Positions 1 to 10,855 of a DNA stretch of 64,000 nt are shown here, piece by piece (position 1 is the first letter of the stretch; each line of letters begins with the position of its first letter). The DNA comes from Dehalococcoidia bacterium (lineage in GTDB: Bacteria; Chloroflexota; Dehalococcoidia; Lucifugimonadales; JADFKI01). Below the pieces are notes generated by a model, which saw nothing but the letters and a program-made list of their open reading frames with translations, was not told where the DNA came from and ran no database searches. The stretch covers positions 2,579-66,578 of the forward strand of contig CBDESO010000005.1 of assembly GCA_965242555.1 (NCBI GenBank), read 5' to 3'. The position numbers were made by a program, and so were the translations under genes.

Positions 1-442
1 CGCATCCCCGCCGCCGCAAGTGCGCGAGGTTTGGGGCTTGGATAGGCTGGACGACCTTATGGCGATGAGCGACTGGTTCGTGGTAACCGCGCCGCTCACA
101 GCCCAATCGCGCGGGCTGATAGACCGCCGCCGCATCGGGCTGCTGAAACCCGCCGCCAGCGTCATCGTCATATCGCGCGGCGGCATCGTGGACGAAGACG
201 CGCTCGCCGACGCGCTGCGGCAGGGCCGCCTGTCGGGCGCGGGCATAGACGCCACCGCCATAGAACCGCTGCCCCAAGAAAGCCCGCTCTGGGATTTGGA
301 CAACGTCGTCCTATCCCCCCACGCATCCGCGCTCACCCCGCAGATGTACGAGGGCCGCCGCCAGATATTCCGCGAAAACCTGCGGCGGTTTCTGGGCAAC
401 GAGCCGTTTCTATATGTGTGCGATAAGCGGGCGGGGTTTTAG
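1..442 (+). CDS. D-2-hydroxyacid dehydrogenase family protein, C-terminal part (5' truncated by window edge)
   Basis: Motifs APLT...TRGLI-like, ISRGGIVDEDAL, EPLP..SPLW, catalytic SPH; frame is open to the window start. Confidence 0.85.
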   Translation, partial: ASPPPQVREVWGLDRLDDLMAMSDWFVVTAPLTAQSRGLIDRRRIGLLKPAASVIVISRGGIVDEDALADALRQGRLSGAGIDATAIEPLPQESPLWDLDNVVLSPHASALTPQMYEGRRQIFRENLRRFLGNEPFLYVCDKRAGF

Positions 443-484
443 GGGGGCGCTGAATTCAAGCCAGCCTATAACGGCGAACAAGCG

Positions 485-1354
485 TTAATCGCGGCTTAGG
501 AATTCCCCAATCACCCCCGCCAGCTCCCCCGGCTTGTGATACCCAATATCGTGTATCGTATCCGCTATCCAGCGCACTTGGCAGTCCGGTATCGCCGCCG
601 CCGCCATATCTACCATGCGCCGCCGCGTCCGCGCGAACTCGGTCGACGCGCGCTCGGCAGACGGGCCGGCGGGCGCTATCAGCGCGGGGCAGCGCACTCG
701 CGGCCAGGCGTCGGAGGCGGGGTCGTCCCACATCGCCCGTATTACCTGCGCCTGGTTTTCGGGGCGCAGGATGTCGTGTATCATGCCGTCCCGCTCATAT
801 ACCATCGTCTGCACTATGCGCTCTATGTCCGCGTTCCAGCACACCGCGAGCTGCGCGCTTATTCGCGCCAGGAACTCCGCCCGCGTTCCCGATACATCGC
901 GGGGGGCGAGGCGCTGGCTGAACGCATCCCAGGTCGCGCCGGGTATCATCTGCGGGCTGAAAAAGCCGCCGTCTATCATCACGAGAGCGCTCACTCGCTC
1001 AGGGTAGCGCGCGGCGAGGTTCACCGCTACGTTGCCGCCCCACGAATGGCCTAGCACGGCGGCGCGCTCTATCCCAAGCGCGTCAAGCAAGCCCACGGCG
1101 TCCGCCGCCACGGATTGCCAGTCGTAGCCGCCGCTCGCCTGCGTGGTCTGCCCATGCCCGCGCTGGTCGGGCGCGATGACGCGGCAACTATCGCGCAGCA
1201 ACGGCGCTACCAGGTCATACCAGTGCGCCGAAGACGCCAGCCCATGCAGCGCGAGAACCGGCGCGCCATCGCCGCCCCAGTCAAGGTAGCGCATCCGCAA
1301 ATCGCGCACGTCCGCCCAGCGCTCTGCAGGGCCGCTTTCGGTAGTTGACGCCAT
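485..1354 (-). CDS. alpha/beta fold hydrolase
   Basis: LHG oxyanion motif, DQRGHG, nucleophile elbow GHSWGG, C-terminal His. Confidence 0.88.
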   Translation of the reverse strand: MASTTESGPAERWADVRDLRMRYLDWGGDGAPVLALHGLASSAHWYDLVAPLLRDSCRVIAPDQRGHGQTTQASGGYDWQSVAADAVGLLDALGIERAAVLGHSWGGNVAVNLAARYPERVSALVMIDGGFFSPQMIPGATWDAFSQRLAPRDVSGTRAEFLARISAQLAVCWNADIERIVQTMVYERDGMIHDILRPENQAQVIRAMWDDPASDAWPRVRCPALIAPAGPSAERASTEFARTRRRMVDMAAAAIPDCQVRWIADTIHDIGYHKPGELAGVIGEFLSRD

Positions 1355-1487
1355 ACGGGTTTTTCCCCCAATCTTTCATAATAATGCCGCCGCGATTATT
1401 GAGCGGGCGTTGGCGGCGCTGTGGACGCGGACGCCGCCCTCTAATCCGCCTGCGCTAATCCTTGCGCGTATCGCGCCCGCCTTGCCC

Positions 1488-3733
1488 CTATCGCGGCGTG
1501 GGCTGGTAGTTTTGCGGGAAGTCGGGCGCGAAATAGACATACGCATCCTCGCTGCCGACGTCGCCGCGCACGCCCTCGCGGTATAGCCAGTAGTCCATCA
1601 CGCCGCGCCACGCCTCGCGGTCAAACAGCCCCTGCGCGAACCCAAGCGGCGTTATCCCGCGATACTTATGCTCCGGGAACCACCACCTGTGCCGCACGCG
1701 CTCCGCGGGCGTATAGACGCCCTGCAGCGATTCGTCCACTTCGGGCTGGTTGCTTGAATGAACCAGCAGCGCCGCCTGATCCGGCGGCTTGTCCGCGAAA
1801 GAATTTTCGTTGTAGGCGACGTAACTTGCGCTGTAGCTCTCCGAGTGGCGCAGATACCACGCCCAGGGCCAGGTGAACCCGCTTGTGCTGTCTATGCCAA
1901 GCGGCAAGCCGCCCTCGGCCGCGCGCCGGAGCGCTCGAATTCGCGCATCAGCAGCGTGATGTCGGGCGAGGTCTGCGTATAGACGAGCATCTCCACCGGC
2001 ACATCGCCGTTGCGATACGCCGCAGTGGCGCCCGCGCGTATCGTGAGCGCGAACAAGAGCAATACCGCCGGCAGCGCCGCGAACTTGGCGACGCGCGCCG
2101 TCCCGTATCGCCGCGCCGCCAGTACGCCCAGCGCGAGCAATGCAACCACCGCCAAGCCGTACAATGCGCCCGGCAACGGCGCCGCCGCCTCGCCGCCCGT
2201 TCCAAGCAGCGCCAGCCTGTACAGCGCGAACAGCAAGACGGGCGCTCCCAAGAATATCGCCGCGTTCTGCGCTATGGCGTCCCGCGATACCACGCCGCGC
2301 CAGTCTATCCCCGACGCCACATCGCCCAAGAACTTGCCCGCGAGAACTATCAGCGGCAGCGCTATGTTCACCAGCAGCCAAGGCATCTTTTCGCTGGCGA
2401 TTGTGAACAGCAGCAGCGTCATTCCCGCCCAGTACAGCAGGAACAGCGTGAATGCGTCCCCTTGCCGCTTGACGCGGTAATATATCGCCGCCGCTATGCT
2501 CAGAATCAGCGGCAGGAATTCGTAGATTGGCGTCAGCGCGAGATAGTAATACCACGGCTGGTTGCCGCGCGCTACATCCTGCTGCACAATCCAATATCCC
2601 AGCGAGCGCCACATCCCGGAGCCTATGCCGGGGATGTTCGTCAGCAGGGTGGTATATGCCAGCACAAGCACTATCAGGAATATCACGGCGGAGAACATCC
2701 ACGAATCCGAATCCCACATCAGCCCGATTGCCGCCGCGCCCGCGAGCAGCATCAGCACGAACAGGTACGCGATAAGCACAGCGCCGCCGCTCGGCGAGCC
2801 TGTCGCGCCCTCGCCGTGTTCGCCGTTCACGAAAGTCAGGTTCGACCAGCTCAGCAAAGGCGTGTCCTGGAACATCCCTATGCCCGCCGACCACAGGGGC
2901 AGGGTCAGCGTGATGAGCAGCAGCAGAAACGCCGCCGGCCCCCGCTTGCCCTTGAAGTCGGTTGCGCCGCGCCAAAACGCGCCCGCAATTTGCCCGATTG
3001 CCGCCGCCGTGCGCGTCTCGCCTACGCGGACGCCCGCGCTCGCGGTGATAGCGCCCGCGTTGCGCGCCAGCAGCAGGCATATCAGATACAGCCCCAGCAG
3101 TCCGGTTATCAGATACGCGCTCTCTTTCGTGGCAAACGCCAGCGCCAGCAGCCCGGCGGATATGTGCAGATAGCGCGCCTTGCCCTCGTCTATGTAGCGC
3201 CACAGGCATATCACCAGCCCCAGAACCCAGACCGCCATCAGAATATCGTTGCGCGCGAACCGGCTGAAATACAGCATCGCGGGCGAAAACGCCAGCATCG
3301 CCGCGGTGAATATCGCGCCGAGCGTTCCAAGCCTTTTGCGAAACAGCAGCGGCATCAGGATAAGCGCGCTGCCCGCTATGGCGTAGAGCAGCCGCGAAGT
3401 GTAATCGCTATCTCCGAACAGCAGGAATATCGCCGCGTTCAGCTCAAACTGCAATGGCCCGTGCATCAGCGGGTCGTGAGCGTATCCATCGCCCGCCGCC
3501 AACTTCCAGGCGTAATAGGCGTGCAGGCTCTCGTCGTGATGCACGGCGCGGCTGCCCAGATCCCACAGCCGCATAGCGCCGCCCACGACCAGCAGCGCCC
3601 CGTACGTCGCCCACTCCCAAGGCGTCGCCTTAGCCCTCACAGACGCCAGCGCCGCAATCAGCCTCCGCGCCAAATCATTCCCGCCGCTCCCCAGATCGGC
3701 GGCCCGTCCGCCCGCGTTGTCAATAGCAGCCAT
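1488..3733 (-). CDS. TIGR03663/Agl23-like polytopic GT-C (PMT-like) membrane protein, interrupted by a 1-nt frameshift near 1920-1927
   Basis: ORF 1892-3733 has HHDESLH, DPLMHGP, YFSRFARND, EKMPWL, LVYTQTS motifs and many TM segments; the natural continuation (FTWPWAWYLR...WWFPE) lies in the other frame ending at 1488. Confidence 0.7.
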
Positions 3734-3990
3734 ATATCAGCGTGTCCGTAATCAGTGGTTAGCCTAGTGTATCGGTATGTATTAGGATTAGCGGTTCGCG
3801 TTATCGGCAATGCCCGCCGCGCTGTCGTAATCTCGCGCGGGATGCGCCCCATATATTAACACGAACAGCGCTTGTGGGGCAGAATTTTGGGCGGGGGCTT
3901 TGACTGCCTGCGCGAACTTATCGTGCAACAAGTTTGATGCGGATGCGCGGGAAACGATTGCGGTTTTATTATCTGCTGTTTATACGGGTA

Positions 3991-4020
3991 TTGACATTAT
4001 GTTATTTGATAAAGTACATT
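3991..4020 (+). promoter_or_regulatory. putative sigma70 promoter of ABC importer operon
   Basis: TTGACA (3991-3996), 18 nt, TACATT (4015-4020) in an AT-rich intergenic patch. Confidence 0.45.
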
Positions 4021-4135
4021 GCGCTTGTAAATCACGGGCGCGATGCGTCCGGCGCGCCGCCCCCTGTTCGCGGGGCGTCCCGTTCCAGCCGAAACAACCT
4101 TGCGTACACACCCTCAGCAGACCGGAGGCAAGCAA

Positions 4136-6238
4136 GTGAAAACACAGAAGTGGCTATTTCTAATCGTTGCGCTGGTCGGGATATTCGCGCTCGCCTGCGG
4201 CTCCGCGCCCACGGCGGCGCCCGCCGCCGCGCCACAGCAGCCCGTCACGGCGCCCGCTCCCGCGCAAGCGCCCGCCGCGCCCGCGCCGCAAGCCCCGCAA
4301 GCGCCTCAGGCGGCGGCCCCGGCCGCGCCCGCCGCGCCGGCCGCCACCGCGGTCGTGTCGCAGATTGTCGCCGCGCCGCAAGCCCCCGTAACCCAAGCGG
4401 CGGCAGGCAGATCCACGGGCCAAAGCGTTCACATCAATATGGCGGCAAGCCAGGTGGATCCGCTCGCCGGTTTCCCCAATGAGGCGGCGTATGGCCCGCA
4501 GTGGATCAACATCAGCATAGGCTTGGTGGAGGCGCTGTTCGTGCGCGAGGGCGACAACCTTATGGCGCCCCAAACCGCCGAATCGTTTCAAATCGCGCCC
4601 GACCTAAAGGCGGTTACTTTCAACCTGAAAGAGGGCGTCCCGTTCAACTCGCCCGTAGGCGTGGCGGACGACTTCGGCGAGATGACAGCGGAGGACTGGG
4701 TCTGGTTCTTGAACGACGCCAACCCGACCTTTAATGTCAACTCCACATTCCGCATTGGCGGCGACCTTGCCGCCGCTTTCGGCGAGGCGCGCGTCATTGA
4801 CGACTACACTTTCGTTATGGACGCCGCCGAGGGCGTGGACATCGCCGCGTTCAACCTGGAAGACACAATCAGCGAATACGGCAAGGGCCCAGGCGTGTAC
4901 AGCAAGAAAGCGTTTGACGCTATGGGCAAAGAGTGGATGAAGAGCAATATGGTCGGCACGGGGCCGTTCATTGTGGAAGAGTGGGTTCCCCAAAACCGCG
5001 CCAACCTGCAAGCGCTCCCCGAACATCACAAGCATCCCTCGCACATCGCCAGTTTCACGCGCTTTCATGTCCCCGAAACCGCCAGCCGCATCGCTATGCT
5101 GCAAACCGGCGAGGCGGACATAGCCGAGCTCGACCCCGTGTTCGCCGACCAGATCGAGGCTGAGGGATTGCGCTATATGGTTCCCCAGCCCAAGTGGATA
5201 ACCGCGTCCTATATGTGGTCGGGCAACCTATGGGAGCAGACTCATGCCCGCACGGGCGAGGCGCTCGATCCCGCGCCCTGGGACGCGCCGTCCAACGTGG
5301 TCGACTACCCCTGGATAGGCAACCCCTGGTGCGATATGGGCAAGCCCTGCCAGTATGAAGACACCGACAACCCTGAGGGAATGTCCGATATGGAGCAGGC
5401 GCGGCTAGTGCGCTGGGCGCTCTCTTACGCCATCGACCGCCCCGGCATTGTGGACGGCATACTCTACGGCTACGGCGCGGGCATGCCCACCGAGTATATG
5501 GGGCCCAACTTCGGCGGCTGGGATCCCAACAGGGTCATCACCAACACGCAGTCCGACGCCATTATGGAAAAGTACGGCTTTGGCGACAGCGAAATGTATC
5601 CCACCTACAACGTCGCAACGCCTATGGCGAACTTCCCCTGGCCCTGGGAAATCCCCTACCAGCCCGCCTTTGCCGAAGAGCTGCTGGACATAGCGGGCTA
5701 TCCCAGGGGCTCCGATGGCGCGCGCTTTGAAATCTCAACCAACATCTACCGCGCCGAAATCGGCGACGTGTCCTTTGACATCGGCGACCTCACCGCCGGC
5801 CTATGGGAGGCTATCGGCGTCAAAACAACCATACTCAACGAAGACTACGGATCGGTGGTGTCGGCGCGCTTTAGGGAGCGCACTCAGATATGGCCCACGC
5901 TCAAGAACGGCGCGGTGGACGACGCCACGTGGCCCGCCCACTGGCCGCTGCCCCTGGTGGACTCCAGCCTATCGCGTCCCGGCTGGGGCGCGGGCTTTGA
6001 GTCGCGTTTCCTAGCCGATATGCACAACATGACCAAGCTGGAGCAGGACAGGGCGGCCGCCATTGAGCAGCATATGGATGTGGTGGATTGGACAATCTAC
6101 TGGCATCTCTACTCCGGCGTGGTGGAAGTCCCCAAGGGCTACGGCGTGAATCCGGAGAAGGTTGCCGACTGGGTAGGCCGATCCACGCAAGCGCACTGGA
6201 GCGGGGCGGAGCCGTGGTTCATAGTTCCCGCGCAGTAG
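4136..6238 (+). CDS. ABC transporter substrate-binding lipoprotein, family 5 (peptide/nickel type)
   Basis: GGAGG SD then GTG at 4136; lipobox LAC; Ala/Pro-rich linker; VGTGPF, R.AMLQTGEADI, VRWALSYAIDR motifs; followed by two permeases. Confidence 0.9.
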   Translation: MKTQKWLFLIVALVGIFALACGSAPTAAPAAAPQQPVTAPAPAQAPAAPAPQAPQAPQAAAPAAPAAPAATAVVSQIVAAPQAPVTQAAAGRSTGQSVHINMAASQVDPLAGFPNEAAYGPQWINISIGLVEALFVREGDNLMAPQTAESFQIAPDLKAVTFNLKEGVPFNSPVGVADDFGEMTAEDWVWFLNDANPTFNVNSTFRIGGDLAAAFGEARVIDDYTFVMDAAEGVDIAAFNLEDTISEYGKGPGVYSKKAFDAMGKEWMKSNMVGTGPFIVEEWVPQNRANLQALPEHHKHPSHIASFTRFHVPETASRIAMLQTGEADIAELDPVFADQIEAEGLRYMVPQPKWITASYMWSGNLWEQTHARTGEALDPAPWDAPSNVVDYPWIGNPWCDMGKPCQYEDTDNPEGMSDMEQARLVRWALSYAIDRPGIVDGILYGYGAGMPTEYMGPNFGGWDPNRVITNTQSDAIMEKYGFGDSEMYPTYNVATPMANFPWPWEIPYQPAFAEELLDIAGYPRGSDGARFEISTNIYRAEIGDVSFDIGDLTAGLWEAIGVKTTILNEDYGSVVSARFRERTQIWPTLKNGAVDDATWPAHWPLPLVDSSLSRPGWGAGFESRFLADMHNMTKLEQDRAAAIEQHMDVVDWTIYWHLYSGVVEVPKGYGVNPEKVADWVGRSTQAHWSGAEPWFIVPAQ

Positions 6239-6284
6239 GCGCAATTCCAAAACTATACCGCGCATAAATAAGCGCATAAGCAGT

Positions 6285-6320
6285 CAATAGGGGCGAGGCG
6301 TCCGTCTTTCGCCCCTATTG
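6285..6320 (+). terminator. intercistronic stem-loop after SBP gene (partial terminator or mRNA stabiliser)
   Basis: CAATAGGGGCGA (6285-6296) is the exact reverse complement of TCGCCCCTATTG (6309-6320). Confidence 0.6.
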
Positions 6321-6410
6321 TTGGCATAAAGGCAATCGGCATAAGGCATCACAATCAGGCCCGCCCGCATCCCCCGCGCGGGCAGGGCGCAGCCCCCGAA
6401 AGGCAAAGGC

Positions 6411-7355
6411 GTGCAGCGATTTCTGGTTAGGCGGCTCATATTCATCGTCATATCCCTATTCGGCGCGACCATCGTCATATTCAGCATGACGCGGCTGGCG
6501 CACGACCCGCGCGAGCTTTTCGTTCCCGATACCGGCTACGGGATGTCCGAAGAGCAGTGGATCGCGCTCGGCGACAAGATGGGCTTTAACAGGCCTTTGC
6601 CCGTGCAATACCTGTTGTGGGTGGGCAGGATCCTGCGCGGCGATTTCGGCACATCCATTCACCAGGAATTGGAAGTGCGCGACATCATATTCAGCAAGAT
6701 GGGCGCCACTATGCAGCTCGCGCTGGGCGGCTGGCTGTTCGCAATCCTGATGGGCGTCCCCCTGGGCGTGGTAGCCGCCACCAAGAGAGGCGGCATCTGG
6801 GACTACCTCAGCCGCGGTTTCGCGCTGTTCGGGCAGGCGCTGCCGCAGTTCTGGACGGGCATTATGGCGATACTCATATTCGCCGTGCTGCTCCAATGGC
6901 TGCCGGCGGGCACGCGCGGCGACGAACAGGGCTTGAGCATCAAGCATTACATCTTGCCCTGCATAGTGCTGGGCTGGCCCGCCGCCGCCGGCATTATGCG
7001 CCTGACGCGATCGGCTATGCTGGAAGTGCTTGACTCCGAATTCGTCAAGCTGGCGCGCGCCAAGGGCGTGGGCAGCATGAATGTGATCTGGAAACACGCG
7101 CTCAAAAACGCGCTCATACCGCCGCTCACATCCGCGCTGCTGCTTATGGCGGGCTATCTCAACGGCGCGCTGGTGGTTGAAACCGTCTTCTCTTGGCCCG
7201 GCATCGGCTGGATAGCGCTCAATCGCGCCGTATATGACAACGATTTCCCGCTGCTGCAAGGCACGGTGTTCGTGTTCATCCTGTTCTACCTATTGTTCGC
7301 GCTGGTGGCGGACATACTCTACGCGGTCATAGATCCGCGCATCCGATACGCATAA
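6411..7355 (+). CDS. ABC transporter permease, DppB/OppB family
   Basis: PLPVQY..W...GDFGTS, EAA-loop region RSAMLEVL..EFVKLARAKG, C-terminal DPRIR. Confidence 0.93.
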   Translation: MQRFLVRRLIFIVISLFGATIVIFSMTRLAHDPRELFVPDTGYGMSEEQWIALGDKMGFNRPLPVQYLLWVGRILRGDFGTSIHQELEVRDIIFSKMGATMQLALGGWLFAILMGVPLGVVAATKRGGIWDYLSRGFALFGQALPQFWTGIMAILIFAVLLQWLPAGTRGDEQGLSIKHYILPCIVLGWPAAAGIMRLTRSAMLEVLDSEFVKLARAKGVGSMNVIWKHALKNALIPPLTSALLLMAGYLNGALVVETVFSWPGIGWIALNRAVYDNDFPLLQGTVFVFILFYLLFALVADILYAVIDPRIRYA

Positions 7356-7409
7356 TCCGATACGCATAACCCAAACACGCGCAAGGCAGCGCGCGCAAGG
7401 CGCATCACA

Positions 7410-8330
7410 ATGGAACTTGAACTAGCGGCGCCCTCATATCCGCCGGGCGTCAAGCAGCTCGCGGCGGCGTGGAACTTCGTCAGGGCTTGGCCCGTGATAC
7501 CCGGCGCGGTAATCGCGCTGCTGGTGTTTATGGGCTTGTTCGGGCCGCAAATCGCGCCGCACGACCCGGTCATCGCAGACGCGCGGATGCGCCATGTGCC
7601 GCCCGCCGGCTTTGAGACCTGCCTCGGCGCGCGCTGCAAGACCGGCTCTTGGGAACACCCGCTTGGCACAGACCACGTGGGCAGGGATGTGCTCAGCCGC
7701 ATCATAGTCGGCTCGCGCATATCGCTTATGGTAGCCGCCATATCGCTGGTCGTCGGCCTAGTGGTCGGCACAAGCATCGGTATGATTAGCGGCTACATCG
7801 GCGGCATCTTCGACGAAATCGTAACCCGCATTGTGGACATATGGCTCGCGCTGCCTTTCCTGATGATAGCGCTGCTTGCCGTCCTCATATTCGGGCAGAG
7901 CCTGGTAATCGTGTTCTTTCTGCTCGCAGTGCTGTCGTGGGTGGGGTTCGTGCGGGTGGTGCGGGCGCAGGCGCTGCAGCTCAAAGAGATGGACTATGTG
8001 GCGCTGGCGCGCGTGGCGGGCGCGTCGCCGCTGCGTATGATATGGCGGCACATCCTGCCCGGCGTCATCAACTCCGCCATAGTGATAGCCACGCTCAACG
8101 TGGGCAACCTAATCCTGGCGGAGGCGACGCTCAGTTTCCTAGGCGCGGGCATCCCGCCGCCCACGCCCGCTTGGGGAGTGCTAATCTCCGAGGGGCGCGA
8201 ATACGTCTCCACCGCTTGGTGGCAGACGGTATTCCCCGGCGTGGGCATATTCCTAGTGGTAATGTCCCTCAACTTCCTAGGCGATTGGACGCGCGATAGA
8301 TTCGATCCGCGATTGCGCCAACTGACATAA
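7410..8330 (+). CDS. ABC transporter permease, DppC/OppC family
   Basis: HPLGTDHVGRDVLSR, DYVALARVAGAS, EATLSFLG, NFLGD..RD..DPR. Confidence 0.93.
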   Translation: MELELAAPSYPPGVKQLAAAWNFVRAWPVIPGAVIALLVFMGLFGPQIAPHDPVIADARMRHVPPAGFETCLGARCKTGSWEHPLGTDHVGRDVLSRIIVGSRISLMVAAISLVVGLVVGTSIGMISGYIGGIFDEIVTRIVDIWLALPFLMIALLAVLIFGQSLVIVFFLLAVLSWVGFVRVVRAQALQLKEMDYVALARVAGASPLRMIWRHILPGVINSAIVIATLNVGNLILAEATLSFLGAGIPPPTPAWGVLISEGREYVSTAWWQTVFPGVGIFLVVMSLNFLGDWTRDRFDPRLRQLT

Positions 8331-8445
8331 CCGCCGCGCACATCCGCGCATATCGTTTGACGGCGTGATAAATCGTTGCCACTAGCAGTTGCGCGCGGCG
8401 AGGAAACGCGCCTTTGACGCTCTGCGCCAAGCCTAGCCGCTTGCC

Positions 8446-9222
8446 CTATATCATAGAGTGGCCTTGCCCGCCATCCACCACGATGCACGCGCCCGTAATC
8501 AGGCTGGCGCGCTCGGACGCCAGGAACGCCACCATATCGCCCACCGGCTCCGGCCAGCCGAACTTGCCCAGCGGCAGGTTGCGCGAGATGAAGTCGTTCA
8601 CGACCTCCGGCGGGTTTTCGTTCTGAAACCGCTCCCAGCTGCCCTGCTCGTGCGATATGGATCCGGGCGCGATGCTGTTCACCAGCACGCCGTCCTTGAC
8701 CAGGCTCAGCGCCGCGTGCTTAGTCGCGCCGATGAGCGCCGCCTTTGCGGACATATACGACAGGTTGCCGCCGTGTTCCCTGCCGTATATGGACGCTATG
8801 TTGATGATGCGCCCCCAGCCCTGCGCGCGCATATGCGGTATCACCTCGCGCATCAGTTGAAAGCCGCCGAACAGGTTCAGGTCAAACGCCGCCTTGAACT
8901 CGTCCAGCGGCAGCTCGGCGATGTCCTGCCGCGCCCGCGAGCCGCCCGCGTTGTTCACGAGTATGTCCACGGGGCCAAGCCCGTCCGCGACCGCTTGATG
9001 CAGCGCGGGCATAGCCGCCGGGTCGGACACATCCGCCACCACGCCCAGCGCCTTTGCGCCGAAACCCTCCAGCTCCGCCGCCGTGGCGTCCAGCGTCGCC
9101 TGCGTCCGCCCGCATATGGCGACATTGACGCCCTCCCTCGCCAGCGACAGCGCCGCGTACTTCCCCAGCCCGCGGCTGCCGCCCGTCACCAGCGCCACCT
9201 TGCCTGTGATGCCTAGATCCAT
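8446..9222 (-). CDS. SDR family oxidoreductase (FabG-like)
   Basis: TGGSRGLG, NNAG, catalytic YMSAK; ATG at 9222 preceded by AAGGAGG. Confidence 0.9.
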   Translation of the reverse strand: MDLGITGKVALVTGGSRGLGKYAALSLAREGVNVAICGRTQATLDATAAELEGFGAKALGVVADVSDPAAMPALHQAVADGLGPVDILVNNAGGSRARQDIAELPLDEFKAAFDLNLFGGFQLMREVIPHMRAQGWGRIINIASIYGREHGGNLSYMSAKAALIGATKHAALSLVKDGVLVNSIAPGSISHEQGSWERFQNENPPEVVNDFISRNLPLGKFGWPEPVGDMVAFLASERASLITGACIVVDGGQGHSMI

Positions 9223-9538
9223 AGCCCTATCCTCCTTATTATGCAATTATGCAATCTCAGTGCGCGATTGCGGCGGCTATGCGCCGTCGGGGAAAGGCTA
9301 TCACATTGCGGGATAGGTGTCAGGGATTGGTGGTCGGCGTTTGGGAATTTGAGGTTGAAATCAGAAATTCCCCTTTGATACTTGTTCACACAACCCAAAA
9401 GGTTTTTGGCTACTTTCTTACAAAAAGCAGCATCCCGCGCTTTCCCTAAGCGGTGAACGAAACCGCTGACTCAGATTGCTAAGCCTTAATACCTTGCCGT
9501 AAAATGCGATTGCCTTGCCAAAATCCCCCCCCAATAAC

Positions 9539-9567
9539 TTGACGCCAACCCGCCGCTATCATACTAT
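9539..9567 (+). promoter_or_regulatory. sigma70 promoter, probably giving a leaderless mRNA for the PHP gene
   Basis: TTGACG-17 nt-TACTAT ending 5 nt before GTG 9573; no SD. Confidence 0.6.
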
Positions 9568-9572
9568 TCGGG

Positions 9573-10244
9573 GTGATGTTTTTGGATCTGCACACTCACT
9601 CGGTATCGTCGGACGACTCCCGCGCTACCGTGGAACAATATGTCAAGTGGGTCGGCGTTCTGCGGCGCAAGGGCTACCGCATAGACGGCTTTGCGCTTAC
9701 CGAGCATCGCAAGTTTGACTTTGATAAAGACTACGGCGAACTCGCCGCCGAAAACGACGTGCTTATCCTAAAAGGCTCTGAGCTGGATACCAACTGCGGC
9801 CATTTCCTAGTCTATGGCGTTACCGAGGCGCTGGCGGGCGAGATAGACTTCGGCAATGTGCATATGGACGCCGAAACGCTGGTTGACGCCGCCGAGCGGC
9901 ACGGCGCTATCGCCTTTCCCGCGCATCCCGGCAGGTTCGGCATCGGCTTTTGCGAGTATGTGGGCGTGGTCAGCGAATTCCCCGGCGTGTTCGTGGCGGA
10001 GCGGCTTAACGGCAGCAATCGGCCCGGCGAGCAAGAGCGCGCCGACGCGCTGATAGACGCGCGCGGATACGCCGGCACCGGCGGCAGCGACGCCCACGTC
10101 GTCAGCGCCATCGGCAGCTGCATGACACGCTTTGACGCGCCCATCCGCGACGAATTCGACCTCGCCCGCGCCCTCAGATACGACTCATTCGCGCCCGTCC
10201 GCCTGGAACAAACCGCCGCGCCCATCCTAGCGCCCGCAACCTAG
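9573..10244 (+). CDS. PHP-domain metallophosphoesterase
   Basis: DLHTHS, LTEH, GHFL, AHP, GGSDAH metal-binding motifs. Confidence 0.88.
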   Translation: MMFLDLHTHSVSSDDSRATVEQYVKWVGVLRRKGYRIDGFALTEHRKFDFDKDYGELAAENDVLILKGSELDTNCGHFLVYGVTEALAGEIDFGNVHMDAETLVDAAERHGAIAFPAHPGRFGIGFCEYVGVVSEFPGVFVAERLNGSNRPGEQERADALIDARGYAGTGGSDAHVVSAIGSCMTRFDAPIRDEFDLARALRYDSFAPVRLEQTAAPILAPAT

Positions 10245-10316
10245 CGCCTATAGCGATAGCCATACCCATAGCCTACACCCGATACACCCTATACCCTGAC
10301 ACAAAGGCAGCCGCGC

Positions 10317-10784
10317 ATGACCACAGACGAGACCATCAACTACGACCGCGATTTTCTCGGCAAAGACTTCCCGCTCGGATCTTTCCCAATCAGCCGCGAG
10401 ATGATCCTCAAATTCTCTGAGGCTACCGGCGAAACCAATCCCATCTACTCCGATGAGGAACGCGCCGCCTCGTCCGAGTACGGCGACATAATCGCGCCGC
10501 CTACATTCTGCAACCTATTCATCAACGGCGGCGAAAAGCCCGACATCAAACTGGACTTCGGCGACATCGGCTTTTTCGCGGGGCAAGCGATTGAGAGCCT
10601 CGCGCCCATAAAGCCCGGCGATACCATAGAGGCGACTTCCCGCCTCAAAGAGGTGTACGCCAAAACCGGACGCTCCGGCAAAATGGTGTTCGCCGTCTGG
10701 CAAACCCGATTCGTCAACCAGCAGGGCGACACCGTGGCGCTTGTGGACGAATCCTACGTGCGCCGCAACAGCGGGCGGCGGTAG
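10317..10784 (+). CDS. MaoC-like/FAS1 dehydratase N-terminal-type hotdog protein
   Basis: F..ATGETNPIY.D..A....YGDIIAPPTF, PIKPGD, KTGRSG.M.F. Confidence 0.85.
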   Translation: MTTDETINYDRDFLGKDFPLGSFPISREMILKFSEATGETNPIYSDEERAASSEYGDIIAPPTFCNLFINGGEKPDIKLDFGDIGFFAGQAIESLAPIKPGDTIEATSRLKEVYAKTGRSGKMVFAVWQTRFVNQQGDTVALVDESYVRRNSGRR

Positions 10785-10855
10785 CCCGCAAACGCCTTGC
10801 CCGGCGTCATACATACCGCATACCGCATCAATCAGAACAACAAGGCAGGCTGCCC

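Noticed and set aside
1488-3733. True pseudogenisation of the GT-C gene and ino1
   Set aside because: Each has one indel with intact sequence on both sides; several similar indels, including one in essential dnaX, point to assembly error.
1883-3751. Long antisense and off-frame ORFs (e.g. 1883-3751 +, 49051-50271 +, 54783-56063 +, 30183-31259 -)
   Set aside because: Arg/Ala/Pro-rich shadows of well-supported genes, expected in high-GC DNA.
9320-9480. Structured ncRNA in AT-richer intergenic patch
   Set aside because: Only two small hairpins (GGGAATTT...AAATTCCC, AGCGGT...ACCGCT); no recognisable family signature.
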